Part shown: positions 12,401 through 29,059 of the stretch, piece after piece
Layout of the letters: the number at the start of each line of letters is the position of its first letter
Position numbering within the stretch: position 1 is the first letter of the stretch
Origin: Scenedesmus sp. PABB004
Lineage: Eukaryota
Assembly (NCBI GenBank): GCA_014905635.1
Contig: JABVCE010000017.1
Coordinates: 496,001 to 560,000 of the forward strand
Reading direction: 5' to 3'
Length of the DNA stretch: 64,000 nucleotides
Position numbers and translations under genes: made by a program
The notes under the pieces: generated by a model
The model's database searches: none
The model's input: the letters and a program-made list of their open reading frames with translations, nothing else
What the model was told of the DNA's origin: nothing

Positions 12401-15400
12401 CGCGCGCCCCGAGGGGGGCGGCGCCGCCGCGGCGCGAGCGCGCGCGTGGCCGCGGCGCTGCGCTCGCCCGGCCGCCGGACGGCGCGGCGCGCCGCACGTG
12501 ACGCGCTCCCGCCGCCGCGCTCATGACGCGTTATGTAACACGGTTATATAACACCCCAGGTCGGCGGCGTGGTCGAGGCGCTGGTGGCCAAGTACGTGGC
12601 GCTGACGGCGGAGGAGCTGGAGGAGTGGGCGAGCGACCCGGAGGGCTACATACGGTGCGCGCGGCCGCGGCGGCGGCGGGGGCGGCGGGGGTCTCTCTCT
12701 CTCTCTCGTGCACGCGTGCGCCCGCCCGCCCACTGTCACACGCACGCGCACACCCCACACACCCACACCCCCACACACCCACGCCCGACACACCCGCCCG
12801 CCCCACCCGCCGCCGCGCAGGTCGATCGAGGTCGAGAGCGGCCCCGACGCCGACACGCCGCGCCCCGTGGGCGTGGGCCTGCTGCTCTGCATGCTCGAGC
12901 GCGGCGGCGACGAGGTCGCCGGCGCGCTCATCGACCTCACCGCCCGCCTGCAGGCGCGTGCGGGGGCGCAGCGGTTGAAGGGTTGAAGGGTTTGAGGGGC
13001 CCAGGGTTTTGGGGGGGGGGCTGCGTGGCTGCGGGGCGGGCCCGCGCGTGCGCCGGGGGCGCCACTGCCGCCGCCGCCCGGCCGCCGCGCGGCCGCCGCG
13101 CTGACCGCCGCTGCCGCGCCGCCGCGCCGCGCAGGCGGCGGGCGAGGGCAACAGCGAGGTGGTGCTGATGCGGGAGGCGTGCTACCGGTGAGGCCTCTGG
13201 GGCCCTGCGCGCGCGCGCGCGCAGCACGCACAGCACGCGCCAGGCACCGCGCCGTCGACGCCCCAGACCGAGAGCCGCAACGCCGCGCGCCCCGCGCCCC
13301 CCGCAGGTGCATCGGGGAGGGCTACAGCCACGTCGCGTCGATCGTGCCCTTTGGCCAGTGGTACGGCAGCGAGCTGGCCGGCCTCCTGCGCGGCCGCCTG
13401 CCCGCCTTCCTCGCGCCCGGCGGCGCCGGCGGGGAGGGGCGGCCAGACATCATCGCCGCGGTGCTGCAGGCGCGGCGCTGGCGGGGCGCGCTGGCGGCGC
13501 GCTGGCGGCGCGCGCTGGCGGCGCGCTCGCGGCGGGCGGGCGGGCGGGCGGGCGGCGCTCGCGGCGCGGCGCACCCGCCCACCCCGCGCCGCCCCGCGCG
13601 CCAACCCCGCCGCCAACCCCGCGCCGCGCCCGCGCCCCGCAGGCGCGCGCGCTGTGGCTCGTCGGCGCGTGCGGCGCGGAGCTGGGGCGGGAGCAGTGGA
13701 CCGACGCGTGGGGCCTCGCGGCGGCGCACATCGGCGCGGCCGACCTCGTCGTCGCGCTGCAGGCGGTGCAGGCGGTGCTGCTGCTCGCGATCCAAATCCT
13801 GGACGACCAGAGCGTGCTCGACCAGGTGCGCGTGTTACATTGTTAATTGTTAGTTTTTGTTTGGCATGTTTGATGTGTCACTTTGTTGTCGGGTATTGAG
13901 AGAGGAGGGGGGGGGGGGGGGCTGGCAGCGGGCCGCGCCGCGCCGCGCCGCGCCGCGCGTGCTGGTGTGTGTCTCGTGGAGTGCGCGCCACACCTCACGC
14001 GAGGCGCGGCGCGGCGCGGCGCGCTGCCGCCGGCAGGGGGGCTGGTGGGGGGCCGCGCCGCGCGTGACGGCGTCGCGCAGACGTGCAGTGCGCGCCACAC
14101 GCCTCACGCGCGGCGCGGCGCGGCGCGGCGCGGCGCGGCGCCGCTGCCGCCGGCAGGGGCGCTGGCAGGGGGGCCGCGCCGCGCCGCGCCGCGCCGCACG
14201 CGTAGGCAGTGGCCAGTCGTGCAGTGCTTGCCACACGCCTCACGCGCGGCGCGGCCGCTGCCGCCGCGGCCGCCCCGCGCCCGGCGCTCGGCCGCCACCC
14301 TGAGCCCGCCGCCGCGGCCGCCGCCGGTCGCCGCCTCCCTCGCCGGCGCCCGCAGGTCGCGCAGGCGAAGCTCGCGGCGAGCCGCCAGGCCGGCAGCGGC
14401 GCGCCGGCGCTGCCGGGGCTCACGCAGGGCGGCGCCGCGACGATCGACGCCGCGCTGTCGGCGGCGGAGGCCGCCGCGGACGAGGAGGTGCGCGCGGCCG
14501 CGCGCTGAGCGGGCGGGGCGTGGCCGCGCTGAGCAGGCGGGCGGGGACGCGGCGCCCGCGCCGCCGCCGCCGCCGCCGCCGACGCCGACCCCGCGCGCGC
14601 GGCGCGCCGCCGCAGGCCGAGGCGGACGCGCGGTCGCGGCTCGAGTGGCGGCTGTCCTGCCTGACCGGCACGCTCGAGTCGCTGCTGGGGCACCTCTTCG
14701 GCCTGCTGGGCCGCCTCACTGAGGTGCGGGGGGCCGCGCACACGCGTGGGCGGGGCGGGCGCTGCCTGCGTCGCCGCGCCACGCACGCGAGCTCCTCGCG
14801 GCGGGGGCGCCGGGGGCTCACTGCACTCGCCCGCCGCCGCCGCCGCGCCCGCCGCCGCCCCGCCGCCGCCGCTCCAGGTCGAGAGCAGCGTGCGGCTGCT
14901 GCAGCTGGTCAGCGTCATCGCCGAGGCCGCGGGCGAGCGCCTGGAGCCCCACCTCGGCGCGCTCGCGGCGGCGCTGCCCCAGGTGCGCGCCGCGCGGCGC
15001 ACGGCGCGCCCAACCCCCCTCGCCCCGTGCTCCCCTCCGCGCGCCGCGCTCCCTCCCAACCTCCCCTCCCTCACGCCCACGCCCGCGCGCGCGACCGCCG
15101 CGCCACCCACGCCGCAGGTCTGGCAGGCGTCCACGAAGCAGGCGGGCAGCGCCGACAGCGGCGCGCTCGCGCGGCTGCACAGCGCGCTCATCGCCGTCAT
15201 AACGCACCTGGTCGGCAAGCTCCGCGGCGCGGCGATGGCGAACGAGCAGGCGCGGGCGGCTGTGCGAGGGCTGCGGCGCGGGCCGGCGCGGCGGCGGTGG
15301 CGCGGTGGCGGCTGCGCGGCGCACGGCGGCGGCGCAGCGCGGCGCGTCGCCATCGCTCCAACCGCCCTAAACCCCAAAATCCAAACCCTGACCCTCCTCA

Positions 15401-18400
15401 ACCCTCAACCCTAAACCCCCGCGCGCGCAGGTCCAGGCGGTGATGTACCCGCTGCTGACCTACGCGACCAACCCGGCCAACCCCGAGGCCGAGGTGCTGG
15501 TCGAGGAGGCGCTCAAGTGCTGGGGCGTCGCGCTCGCGGTCGCGCCGCAGGTGCGGGCGGGCCGCGCTGCGACGCTCTTGGTGTCATTTCTGGTTATGTA
15601 TTGATGTTGGGTTTTTCTGCTAGCAGCAAACAGTCTCAGAGCTTTGCCGCAGCAGCGCGCCGGCCGCCGCGCGCGCCAGCCGCCGCCGCCCCGCGCGCGC
15701 CGACCGACCGCCGCCCCTCGCTGCCCCTCTCTGCCCCGCGTGCCGCCGCGTGCGCCGCAGGTCGCGCCGCAGCTGGTGGGGCTGCTGCCCAACATGGGCC
15801 GCCTGCTCGCGCGCGGCAAGGACTCGAGCGCGGCCTTCCAGATTCTCGAGGCCTACCTGCTCCTCCAGGTGGGCGCTCCAAGGGCGCTGTTTTGTTGTTA
15901 TATTCATTGTTATTGTTGTTGTTTTCATTGTTATTGTCATCGTTGTTGCTGCCACGCGCGGCGCGGCCGGCGGCAGGGTCAGCGGCGCCGCGCGCGGCCC
16001 GCGCCCGACGGCGTCAGGGCCGGCGGCGGAGCCCCGTCCCACGCCCTCCGGCTCTCGCCAACACACACACGCGCGCTGACACGCCCGCCCGCGCGCCCAC
16101 GCCCGCACCGCACCCGCGCGCGTGTGCAGGCGGGGCAGGCGCTGCAGCCGTATGGCGAGGTCATCGCCGGCGCGCTCGCGCACGCGATACGCACCGTCAG
16201 CGCCGCCGTGCTCGCGAGCTGCGCGCCGCCCGGCCCCGGCGGCGGCGGCGGCGCCGGCGGCCCCGGCGGCGCCGGCCCCGGCGGCGCGCCGCTCGGCGCC
16301 GGCCCGCTCGGCCCGGCAGGGCCGCCGCAGGGCGGCCGGCCGGTCGCGCTGCTGGCGAGCGAGGTCACGCAGGAGGGGCTCGCCGCCGCGGCGTTGGTCG
16401 ACGTCATGCTGCAGGTGGGCGGGCGCGAGGGCGCGACGCGGGGGCGGGGTTTTGAAGGGTTTAGGGTTAATAGTGTGGGCGTGTGCACGACGGACGGGAC
16501 CCGCCCACACGCCCACACTATAAACCCTAAACCCTGGGTGCGGGTGGCGCAGGCGCCGCGCCCGGCGCCGCCGCGCCTCCCACACACACGCCCGCCCGCC
16601 CACACGCCACGCCGCGCCGCGCCGCGCAGCTCTACCCCGCCGACGTGCCGCAGCTGCTGCTGCCCGCGTTCACCGCGATGGCGCGCCTCGTCGGCAGCGA
16701 GGCGCTGCCGCTGCCGCGCCAAGGCCTGCCGGTCAAGGTGCTCAATGTGCTGGAGGGCTTCCTGGAGGTCCTCGCGCGGTGAGCGCCCCGGGGTGGGGCG
16801 TAGCAGGGTTTAGGGTTTGGGGTTTAGGGTATTTGGCTTCCTGGAGGCCCTCGCGCGGCGAGCGCCCGGGGCTTGGCAGGGTTTGAGGGACGGTCTGTGT
16901 GATGCTCTTTGTTTTGTTCCTTTCGAAAAAAGGGAAAAACAGTTTGTGTTGCAATAGTTGAGTGCGGTTTCGGTGTCGGAGGCGTTCCGTGCCGGGCCTC
17001 TAGAGGCTGCTAGCCTCTTCGCGCCGAGCACGGAACGCCTCCAGCACCAAAACCACACAGCAGCTGCACCATACTGTTGGGCCTTGGGCTGGGCGTGATC
17101 GGGGTTACGGGGTCGAGCGCGGAGCGCTGTGAACATTTGTGTTGCGTTGCAGCTCTGTGTGACCTTGGTCTTGGTGTTATAACCTCCAAACCAAGACCAC
17201 GCAGAGCTGCAACGTAGCGTCTGGGCATTGTGTGGTTGTGGTGGGGTTGGAGGGGGGGGGGGGGGGGGGGGGGGGGGGTGGCGCGCGGAGCGCAGCGCGC
17301 CGCCGCCGCCGCCCCGCTGACAAGCTCTCCGCACGCCCAGCGCGGTGCCGAGGTGCTCAGCCGGGCGGCGGCGGCGCGCGCTGCGCTCCGCCGCGGCGCG
17401 CGTCCTCCCCGCTCTGCCCCTCACGCCCCCTCACGCCACCTCACACCCCCCCTCTCCCCGGCCCCGCAGTCTCTTCCTCGGCGCGCCGCAGGCGCTGCCC
17501 GCGCTGCTCGCGCCCGCGCCCGCGGGCGCGCCCGACGGCGCGCCCGACGGCGCCGGCGGCGCCGGCGCCGCCGGCACGAGCCTCACGCGGTGCGCGCCCG
17601 ACCGCGCGCGCGCCGCGCCGCGCCGCGCCGCGCCGCGCCGCGCCGCCGCGCGCTCGAGCGCGCTCCCCCACACCCCACAGCGCCCCTCCTCCCCGCAAAG
17701 CCCCTCCCTCGCGTGCCGTCCTCTTTCCGAGGGAGAGGAGTCGGCGCGGGAGGGCGGGGCTTTGTGGGGAGAGGGCGTTGCGGGGAGGGGCGTCGTCCCT
17801 CCGAGCCCTCTCAAACCCCCGCCGCCGTGCCCCGCTCAACCCCTCTAAACCCTGCCGCCACGCCGCCCCCAAACCCTAAACCCTCAACCCTAAACCCCGC
17901 AGCTTTGTCGACTGCTGGCTGCTCATCGCGTCAGCGACCTTCCTGGAGGAGCTGCTCGGCGTGGGGCACATGGCCATGCTGGGACGCTTCCGGCGGCGCA
18001 TCGCCGGCGCGGCGCTCTCGCGGTGCGTGCGCGGGGCGGCGCGGGGCGGCGCGGGGCGGCGCGGGGCGGCGCGGGGCGGCGCGGGGGGGGGGGGGGGGTG
18101 TCGCGATGGGGCGGGGGGCGTGCGGCGCGGCGCGGGGAGGAGCGGCGCGCCGGGGCGGGGGGCACGAGGGGCGCGGGGTGCGGGGCTGGCCGCGCCGCCG
18201 CGTCCCGCGCTCCGCACGCGCCGACGGCGCCCTCGCCATGCCCGCCACCCCCACACGCCCGCCCCGCAGGCTGATCGTGGACGGCGTGCTGCCCGCGAGC
18301 GTGCTGCTCGAGCGCCCCGAGCGCCTCGCGCGCCTCGCCGGCGTAATGCTCAAGGTGCGCAGCGGCACCCCCTAAAACCTAAAGCCTCACGCTCCCTGCG

Positions 18401-18726
18401 TCACTTTTTGTGTTCAAAAACGTTGGAGCTCGTTCCGCCCGAGCGCCCGCGCCCCGCCGCCGCCGCTGCCCGCCGCCCACACCCCTCGCACTCACACCCA
18501 CCCACACCCACCCACACGCACACCCACACCGACACCGCCACACGCCACACCACACCCGCCCGCCCACCCGCCAGGTGTGCGGCGAGGTCGACCGCTTTGC
18601 CGGCGACGTGGCGCACCTGGACGGCCTCGACTTTGCGCAGGAGCTGAACAGCGACTACGTCCTCGCCGCGCGCCTCGCGCTCAGCAAGTGCGCGCGCGCG
18701 CGTGTCCGCCTTTGCTTTTGGTTTGG

Positions 18727-18812
<86 letters not shown>

Positions 18813-18834
18813 CTTGTTCTTGTTCTTGTTGTTC

Positions 18835-18875
<41 letters not shown>

Positions 18876-19426
18876 GCGTCGCGTCGTTGCTTTGTCTTTG
18901 TTGGTGCGGTCGTCGCGTGACGCTCGTGTCGCGACGACCGCACCAAGTAAGGCAAAGCAACGCTCGTGCCGCGTGCCTCGTCGCCTGAGCCCGCCGCCGC
19001 CGCGGGCTCGGGCGAGACCGCCCGCGCGGGCTCACGCGCCGCGGCCGCCCGGCACGCCGCCGCCGCCGCGTCCGCAGGGGCGACGCGGTGCGGCGGCTGG
19101 ACGTGTTTTCGACCTTCCAGGCGTCCATGGCGGCGCTCGCCGCGGCCGCGGGCGGCGAGGCGGGGCTGCAGCAGCTGCTCGCCGCGGGCGCGGCCGCCGG
19201 CGGCGGCGGCGGCGGCCCCGGCGGCGGCGGCCCCGGCGGGCGCGAGCTCGGGCCGCTCGTGTCGGCGCTGCTCTCGGGCGAGCTGGCGGCGCGGCTGGCG
19301 GCCGAGCGCGCGGCGGCGGCGGAGCGGCGCGCCGCGGCGGCGGCCGCGCTCGGCGCGCTCGGCGTGCCCGGCGGCGGCGCCGACGGCGACGGCTGGGGCT
19401 CGGGCGGCGAGGAGGCGATGGTGTGA
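9469..19426 (+). CDS. IPO11: Importin-beta family karyopherin, importin-11/KA120-like; about 25 introns
   Basis: IBN_N-type N-terminus: RAPAEAAIRAWE...RLLAVVIAKNAVGSSWRK...EEKAAVRNATLQLLLSDPSDRVALQLGLLATNICAFDFPSRWPD. Internal LVAKYVALTAEELEEWASDPEGY and LMREACYRCIGEGY match importin-11 patterns. The last exon ends ...GGEEAMV-TGA at 19426. Confidence 0.85.
10251..10341. repeat. 13-bp tandem repeat (GGCCGCAGCCGCC) x7 in an importin intron
   Basis: Directly visible. Confidence 0.9.
13916..14270. repeat. About three diverged ~120-bp tandem units in an importin intron
   Basis: Recurring GCTGG..GGGCCGCGCCGCG...AGTGC..GCCACAC(GC)CTCACGCG.GGCGCGGC...GCTGCCGCCG blocks spaced about 120 bp apart. Confidence 0.8.
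16456..16535. repeat. 80-bp inverted repeat with telomere-repeat ends (30-bp arms, 29/30 match, 20-nt loop)
   Basis: AGGGTTTAGGGTTAATAGTGTGGGCGTGTG (16456-16485) versus CACACGCCCACACTATAAACCCTAAACCCT (16506-16535). Confidence 0.95.
17143..17216. repeat. About 74-nt imperfect palindrome/hairpin in the lower-GC importin intron
   Basis: CGTTGCAGCTCTGTGTGACCTTGGTCTTGGTGTTA pairs with TAACCTCCAAACCAAGACCACGCAGAGCTGCAACG, centred on GTTATAAC. Confidence 0.9.
18726..18876. repeat. (GTT)n microsatellite with a few CTT variants in the last importin intron
   Basis: Directly visible; lies between the GT donor after ...LALSK and the acceptor before GDAVRRLDVF. Confidence 0.97.
18885..18962. repeat. 78-nt hairpin (33-bp arms, 30/33 match, 12-nt loop) next to the GTT array
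   Basis: CGTTGCTTTGTCTTTGTTGGTGCGGTCGTCGCG (18885-18917) versus CGCGACGACCGCACCAAGTAAGGCAAAGCAACG (18930-18962). Confidence 0.93.
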
Positions 19427-19769
19427 GCCGGGCGAGTGGCGAAGGGCGGCCCGGGGCGGGGCGAGCAAGGGCGGGGCGGGACGGCGGGCGCGGGCGCGGG
19501 CGCGCGAGCAGGGGCCGCGCGCCCGCACGAACGAGCGGGCGGCGGGGGCGGGGCGGCCTCCCACCCATCACCCAGCACGCACTGCGGGGCAAGCGTTGGC
19601 GGCGGGGATGCGCGCGCAGGCGTGTGACGCACACTGCTGCCGGCGGCGGGCGGCGCGCAGCGCGGCGCGTCAACGCTCATCACGGCCGCCCGCGCGAGCA
19701 CGCCCCGCCCGCGGCCGCTCGCCCCAGAGCCCGGGACTGCGCCATCGGGCGGAGGGCGCCGGCGGGGCG

Positions 19770-19809
<40 letters not shown>

Positions 19810-20182
19810 GCGAGTGAGCCGGGAGCCGCTCCGCTGGCGCGCGTCCGCCGCCGCGCCGCGGCGCGCCCGGCGCGAGCGGGGGCAGCGGGCCGGCAGCCCT
19901 CGCCGCACGCGCGGCTGATCGGCGCGCCGGGGCGGTGGCGCGCGGCCTGGCGCGCGGCTCTGGCAGGGCACGAGGGGGGTGGAGCCCTCGCCGAATCCCT
20001 CCCCCGCGCCCCACGCGCGTCGCCTCGCGCCCGCCGGCCCACAGTCGCTCCCGCTCCGCACACGCCGCACCCACGGCACCAGGCGCGCTCGCGGGCGGCC
20101 TCCCCCAGCGCTTTCCGCAGCATGCCCCTGCCGGCCCCGCACGCACACGCGAGAGCGCTCTAGGGGCGGGCGGGTCGAGGCC

Positions 20183-24943
<4,761 letters not shown>

Positions 24944-26261
24944 GCGCGGCGGCGCACCCGGCGTGCACCGCGCGCGCCCCGCGGCCCGCGCGCCGGCGGC
25001 GCGGGCAATTGGCCGCGCGCCGCCCGCGGCGGCGGGCGCCGCCGCGGCTGCCCCTCGTGGCGCACCGCGCTGCGGCGCGCCCCAGTTTTGGCTCCCCGGG
25101 GCGCCGCGGCGGCCGCCGCGGCGCCCCTGCCGGCATCGTAATGCGTGTGTGGCGCCTCTCCTGTACGATACAAGCCCCTGAGGCTCGGGGCCGCCGGCCC
25201 CTCTCTCTCGGCGGCGCCGGCGGCCCGGGGCCCTGCGCCCCGCGGCGCAGCGGCGCGCGCCCGCCGGGGCTGCTGCGCCGCCTGCAGCCCCGCGGGCGCG
25301 CGCAGCCGCCGCCGCCGCCGCCGTGCCGTTGTGAACGCGGCGCGGCCCAAGCGAGCATGCACTGCGCGGCGGCCAGCCGGCCGGCCGCGGGTCCCAAGGG
25401 CGGGCGGGGCGGGCGGGTGGGGCGGGCGGTGGGCGGGTGCGCGCTGCAGCAGCGCGGGCGGGCGGGCGGGCGGGCAGGAGCAAGCGCCTGTGTGAGCGGC
25501 GGGGGCTGCGCGCTTGTGTGTGCGTGTGTGCATTGGTTGCGCGTTGCGGGGCACCGGCGTGAGTGTGTGTGTGGCGGCGGCGGGGGCGGCGTGGCGCAGC
25601 GGTGCCGGCGCGCGCGCTCTCGAGGCGCCGGCCGCACCACAGTTTTGGGCACCCCGCAGCCGCGCGCGCGGGGCGGCCTGCGCGCCGCCTGGCGCGCGCC
25701 AGGACGGCCCGCGGCGGGCGGCGCCGAGGGGCCGCCGGATCGCGCCCCGGCTCGGCGGCCGCAGCGGCGCGTGTCGCTGCCGCCCACACCCCCCAGCCCC
25801 ACGGCCAGCACTTGCATGCCTCTCTCCCCAGCGCCGCCGCCGGCGGCGCCCGGCGCTGCCGCTGCGCCCCGGGCCGAGTTTTTCTGTGCGGCGGGCGTGA
25901 TCTGTCGGCGGCGCGTCGGCCGTGTGTGTGCTCGCGCGCGCGTCTCTGGCCCCGGGCGGCCGCCGCGCCGCGTGCGCGCATTGGCACGCGGCGCTCGCCT
26001 GCCCAGCCTTGTATTCGGCTGCGCGCGCGGGACGCGTGAACACCAGAACTCCAGAACTCCAGAACCGCGCGCCTGCCGCGGCAGCCGGCTGGGCCGCTCG
26101 GCCGCCCCCAGCCCCACGACGCTCCCCGCGCCTCGTGCCTGCCGTGGCCGGGTTAAGCGCTCAGCGCTTACGGCGTGCGCCACGCGGCAGCAGCAGCAGC
26201 GCCGCGGTGCCGCCGCGCGGGCCAGCCCTCGCCCGCGCCGCCCGCTTGCACGTCACGCGGC

Positions 26262-29059
26262 ATGCGGCCCGAGACGGCGGCACTGGCGGGCCTGCTGGGC
26301 CGCTGCGCGCGCGCGAGCAGCGTTCACGCGCTCGCGGCGGAGGGCACCGCCGGAGAGCCGCTACGCGCCTATTTCGCCGGCCTGGTCCAGGACGATGAGG
26401 CCAGGGGCTCGCCCTGTGCAGACTTGCGCGCGCTGCTGGCCGCGAGCGTGCAGGCGCGGCTCGCGCAGGCCGTGGCGCACGCGCTGGCGCTGCTGTCGGC
26501 GCCGGCGATGCAGGTGGAGGCGGCGGGCAGCGGCGGCTTTGCTGCCACGCTGCGTGCCCTGTGCTATGTGATGTACCGCAGCTATGAGATCCGTGTGGTC
26601 TTTGGCGCGCCCGCGACGGAGCTGGCGGCCGAGGTGGAGCGTGCGGGTGCGCGGCGGCGGGGTGCGCGCTCACGGCGGTCCGCGCCTGCAGCAGCTGCTG
26701 CGCACGGCCGTCCCTGATCCTGCCGCCGCCGCTGCGCGCCCGCAGGCATGCTGCCGCCGCTGGCCGCGGCGTGCACCGCGGTCGCCGCAGAGCTGGAGGC
26801 CCAGCAGCAGCAGCAGCAGCGGCAGCAGCGGCGGCAGCTGGAGCGGGGGCAGCAGCGGCAGCAGCGCAGCGACGTGGCTCTTGACGTGGTGTGCGACTCT
26901 ATGACAGCGGCAGCACCGCTATGGGCGGCGCGTGCTGTGAGCAACGCCTGGTCGCCGGAGGGCCAGCTGGAGGGCCCGCTGCTGACGCTGGCGCAGCTGG
27001 CCGCGCGCCTGGCGATCGCCGTGCTGCGCCGCGCCGGCGCCTGGCGCGAGGAGGTCGCCGGCAGCGACCCTGCAGTTGTGGAGGTCATGCAGAATTCGCT
27101 GCCCCTGGCCCACACCACAGCCTGGTGGACGGCTCGCAGCCTGCAGCTGGCACACCAGTGCGGGCGCGTGAGCGACGAGGCGGAGCGTGCGCTGCTGGCA
27201 GACCCCGCGGTGCAGCAGCTGCTGCTGGCCGACCTCGCCCTGCTTGCGGCGCACCTCCACGAGGCGCAGCGCGGCCGGCCGGCTGGCGTCGGCGGCGGCA
27301 GTGAAGGCGGTGGCGCGCGTGCCGTGCCGGCGGCGCACGCCGCGCTGCTGCGCGCGCTGGGGCTGGATGCCTCCGCGGTGCCCCAGTGCGAGAGTGATGC
27401 GGAGCAGGTGGAGTTCAGCATCTCTGCGGTTCAGCTGCTGTTCAAGGTCTCGCCGCCAACCAGCTGCAGCACCGGCGGCGGCAGCAGCTTGCCGCAGGCA
27501 GGCGGCGCGGGGCTGGCGGCCGCGGCAGCGGAGGTGGCGCTGGAGCTGGCGGCGCTGCAGCCGTCGCCGTGCGTGCTGGCTGCCGGCGTGGTGTGCGCCA
27601 GCACCGTCCTGCGCTGCCTCCCGCTTACCCCGGTTGCTGGGTCGCAGGACGAGGCGGCTGCGGCGACGGTGGTGCGCGCGTTCCTGCCGCTCGCCCGGCC
27701 CACCGCCGCCGCGCTGCTGGAGCCAGAGGCGGGCGCTGCGCCCCGCAAAGCGAAGGCTGCGGCGCGTGCAGAGGGCGTGGGGGAGCTGGCGGCTGATCAG
27801 CAGCGGCACACTGCTGAGGCTGGTCTCATGAGCTGCAGGCAACTCCTGCAGCTGAGCAATGGATCGCAAGGTGCGCGGCGCGCTGGCGGCAGATCGCTTT
27901 GACAGCTGCCGCACTGGCTCAGCCTGTCTGCGCTTGCTCACGCTGCCGCCTGTCGCCGCGGCCTCCTCCGGCGCCGCGCAGCCGACGCGGCGCTGGCGGC
28001 ATTTGCGCGGCGGGACCCCTCCACCCTGTGCCGGCTGCTGGAGGCGTCCGCCAGGAGCTGTGCGAGCAGTGGAAGCGTCCGCCAGCAGCTGCCTCAGGCC
28101 GCCCTGATCGTGGCGCAGGCAGTGATCAGCGCCATCGCCCGGCTCGGCCCCAGCCTGGCGGACGCGCCGGCGCTGAGGACGACCGGCGGCGCCGCGGGCC
28201 TGCGGCAGCAGTGCGAGGTGTTTGCCTGCCTGCTGACGGTCCTCAAGTGCGTGGCTGCCGGCGCGTCGCTGGCCGCAGGCGAGATCAACGGGGATGAGCT
28301 GCGGGACCTTGCGGACGGGTGCCTGGCGGTGGTGCGCGCCGGCTGCGCCGTCGGCGACGCCGTGGCGCGCGCGCAGCCGGCAGCCGTGGCGGCCGCCGGC
28401 GGCCAGCTCGCGTACGAGCCGCCCGCGCTGTGGGCGGTGCTGGCGGCGCGCGGCCTGGCGGTGCTGGCGCAGGTGCTGGGCCAGGCGCTGGCGGCGCTCG
28501 AGCCGGCGGCCGGCGCGGGAGCGCCCAGCGATGCTGGTGCGCCTGGCGAGCAGGAGCTGCTGGATACTGCTGCCGCCATGGCAGCGGACCTGCGCGACGC
28601 GGCGGCCCTGCTGGGCACTCGCCTGCGTGCGCTGGAGTCGCTGCCGGCAGACGCCTCGCGCGAGTGCCTGGAGCGCCTGCTGGCGCAGCAGGAGCAGGTG
28701 CACGCCGTGGCAGCGGAGCTGGCCGACCAGCTGGACGACGCCCTGGACGACGACGCCGCCGCGCTCGCCGCGGCGCAGGAGCACGGCCCCGCGATGGCCA
28801 CCCAGGCGGAGGAGCTGTGCAGCGCGGTGTGCACCGCGCTGCCACTGCGCGCGTGCTGCAACAACCCGCGCTGCACGGCGCTGGCCGGCGCGCACAGCGA
28901 GCTGGCGGCGGTGCGCGGCCGGTCGTGCGGGGGTGCGTCAAGTCGGCCGCGCCCGCGCGCTTCTGCAGCCTGGCTTGCCAGAGGGCTGCGTGGCCGGCGC
29001 ACAAGCCGGTGTGCCGCGCGCTCGCGGCGGCGGCGGCGGGTGCGAGCTCGGCGGAGTGA
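26262..29059 (+). CDS. MYND zinc-finger family paralogue C (exons 26262-26646, 26746-27870, 27982-29059); apparent -1 frameshift inside the MYND finger near 28931
   Basis: Same start, same 385-nt exon 1 and same intron phases as B. TGCGGGGGTGCGTCAAG has five Gs where in-frame continuation to [27 protein letters not shown] (ORF ending 29059) needs one more base. Confidence 0.8.

Noticed and set aside
10700..17900. Telomere repeats as evidence of a chromosome end or fusion site
   Set aside because: The tracts are only 2-5 degenerate units, scattered within introns of intact genes.
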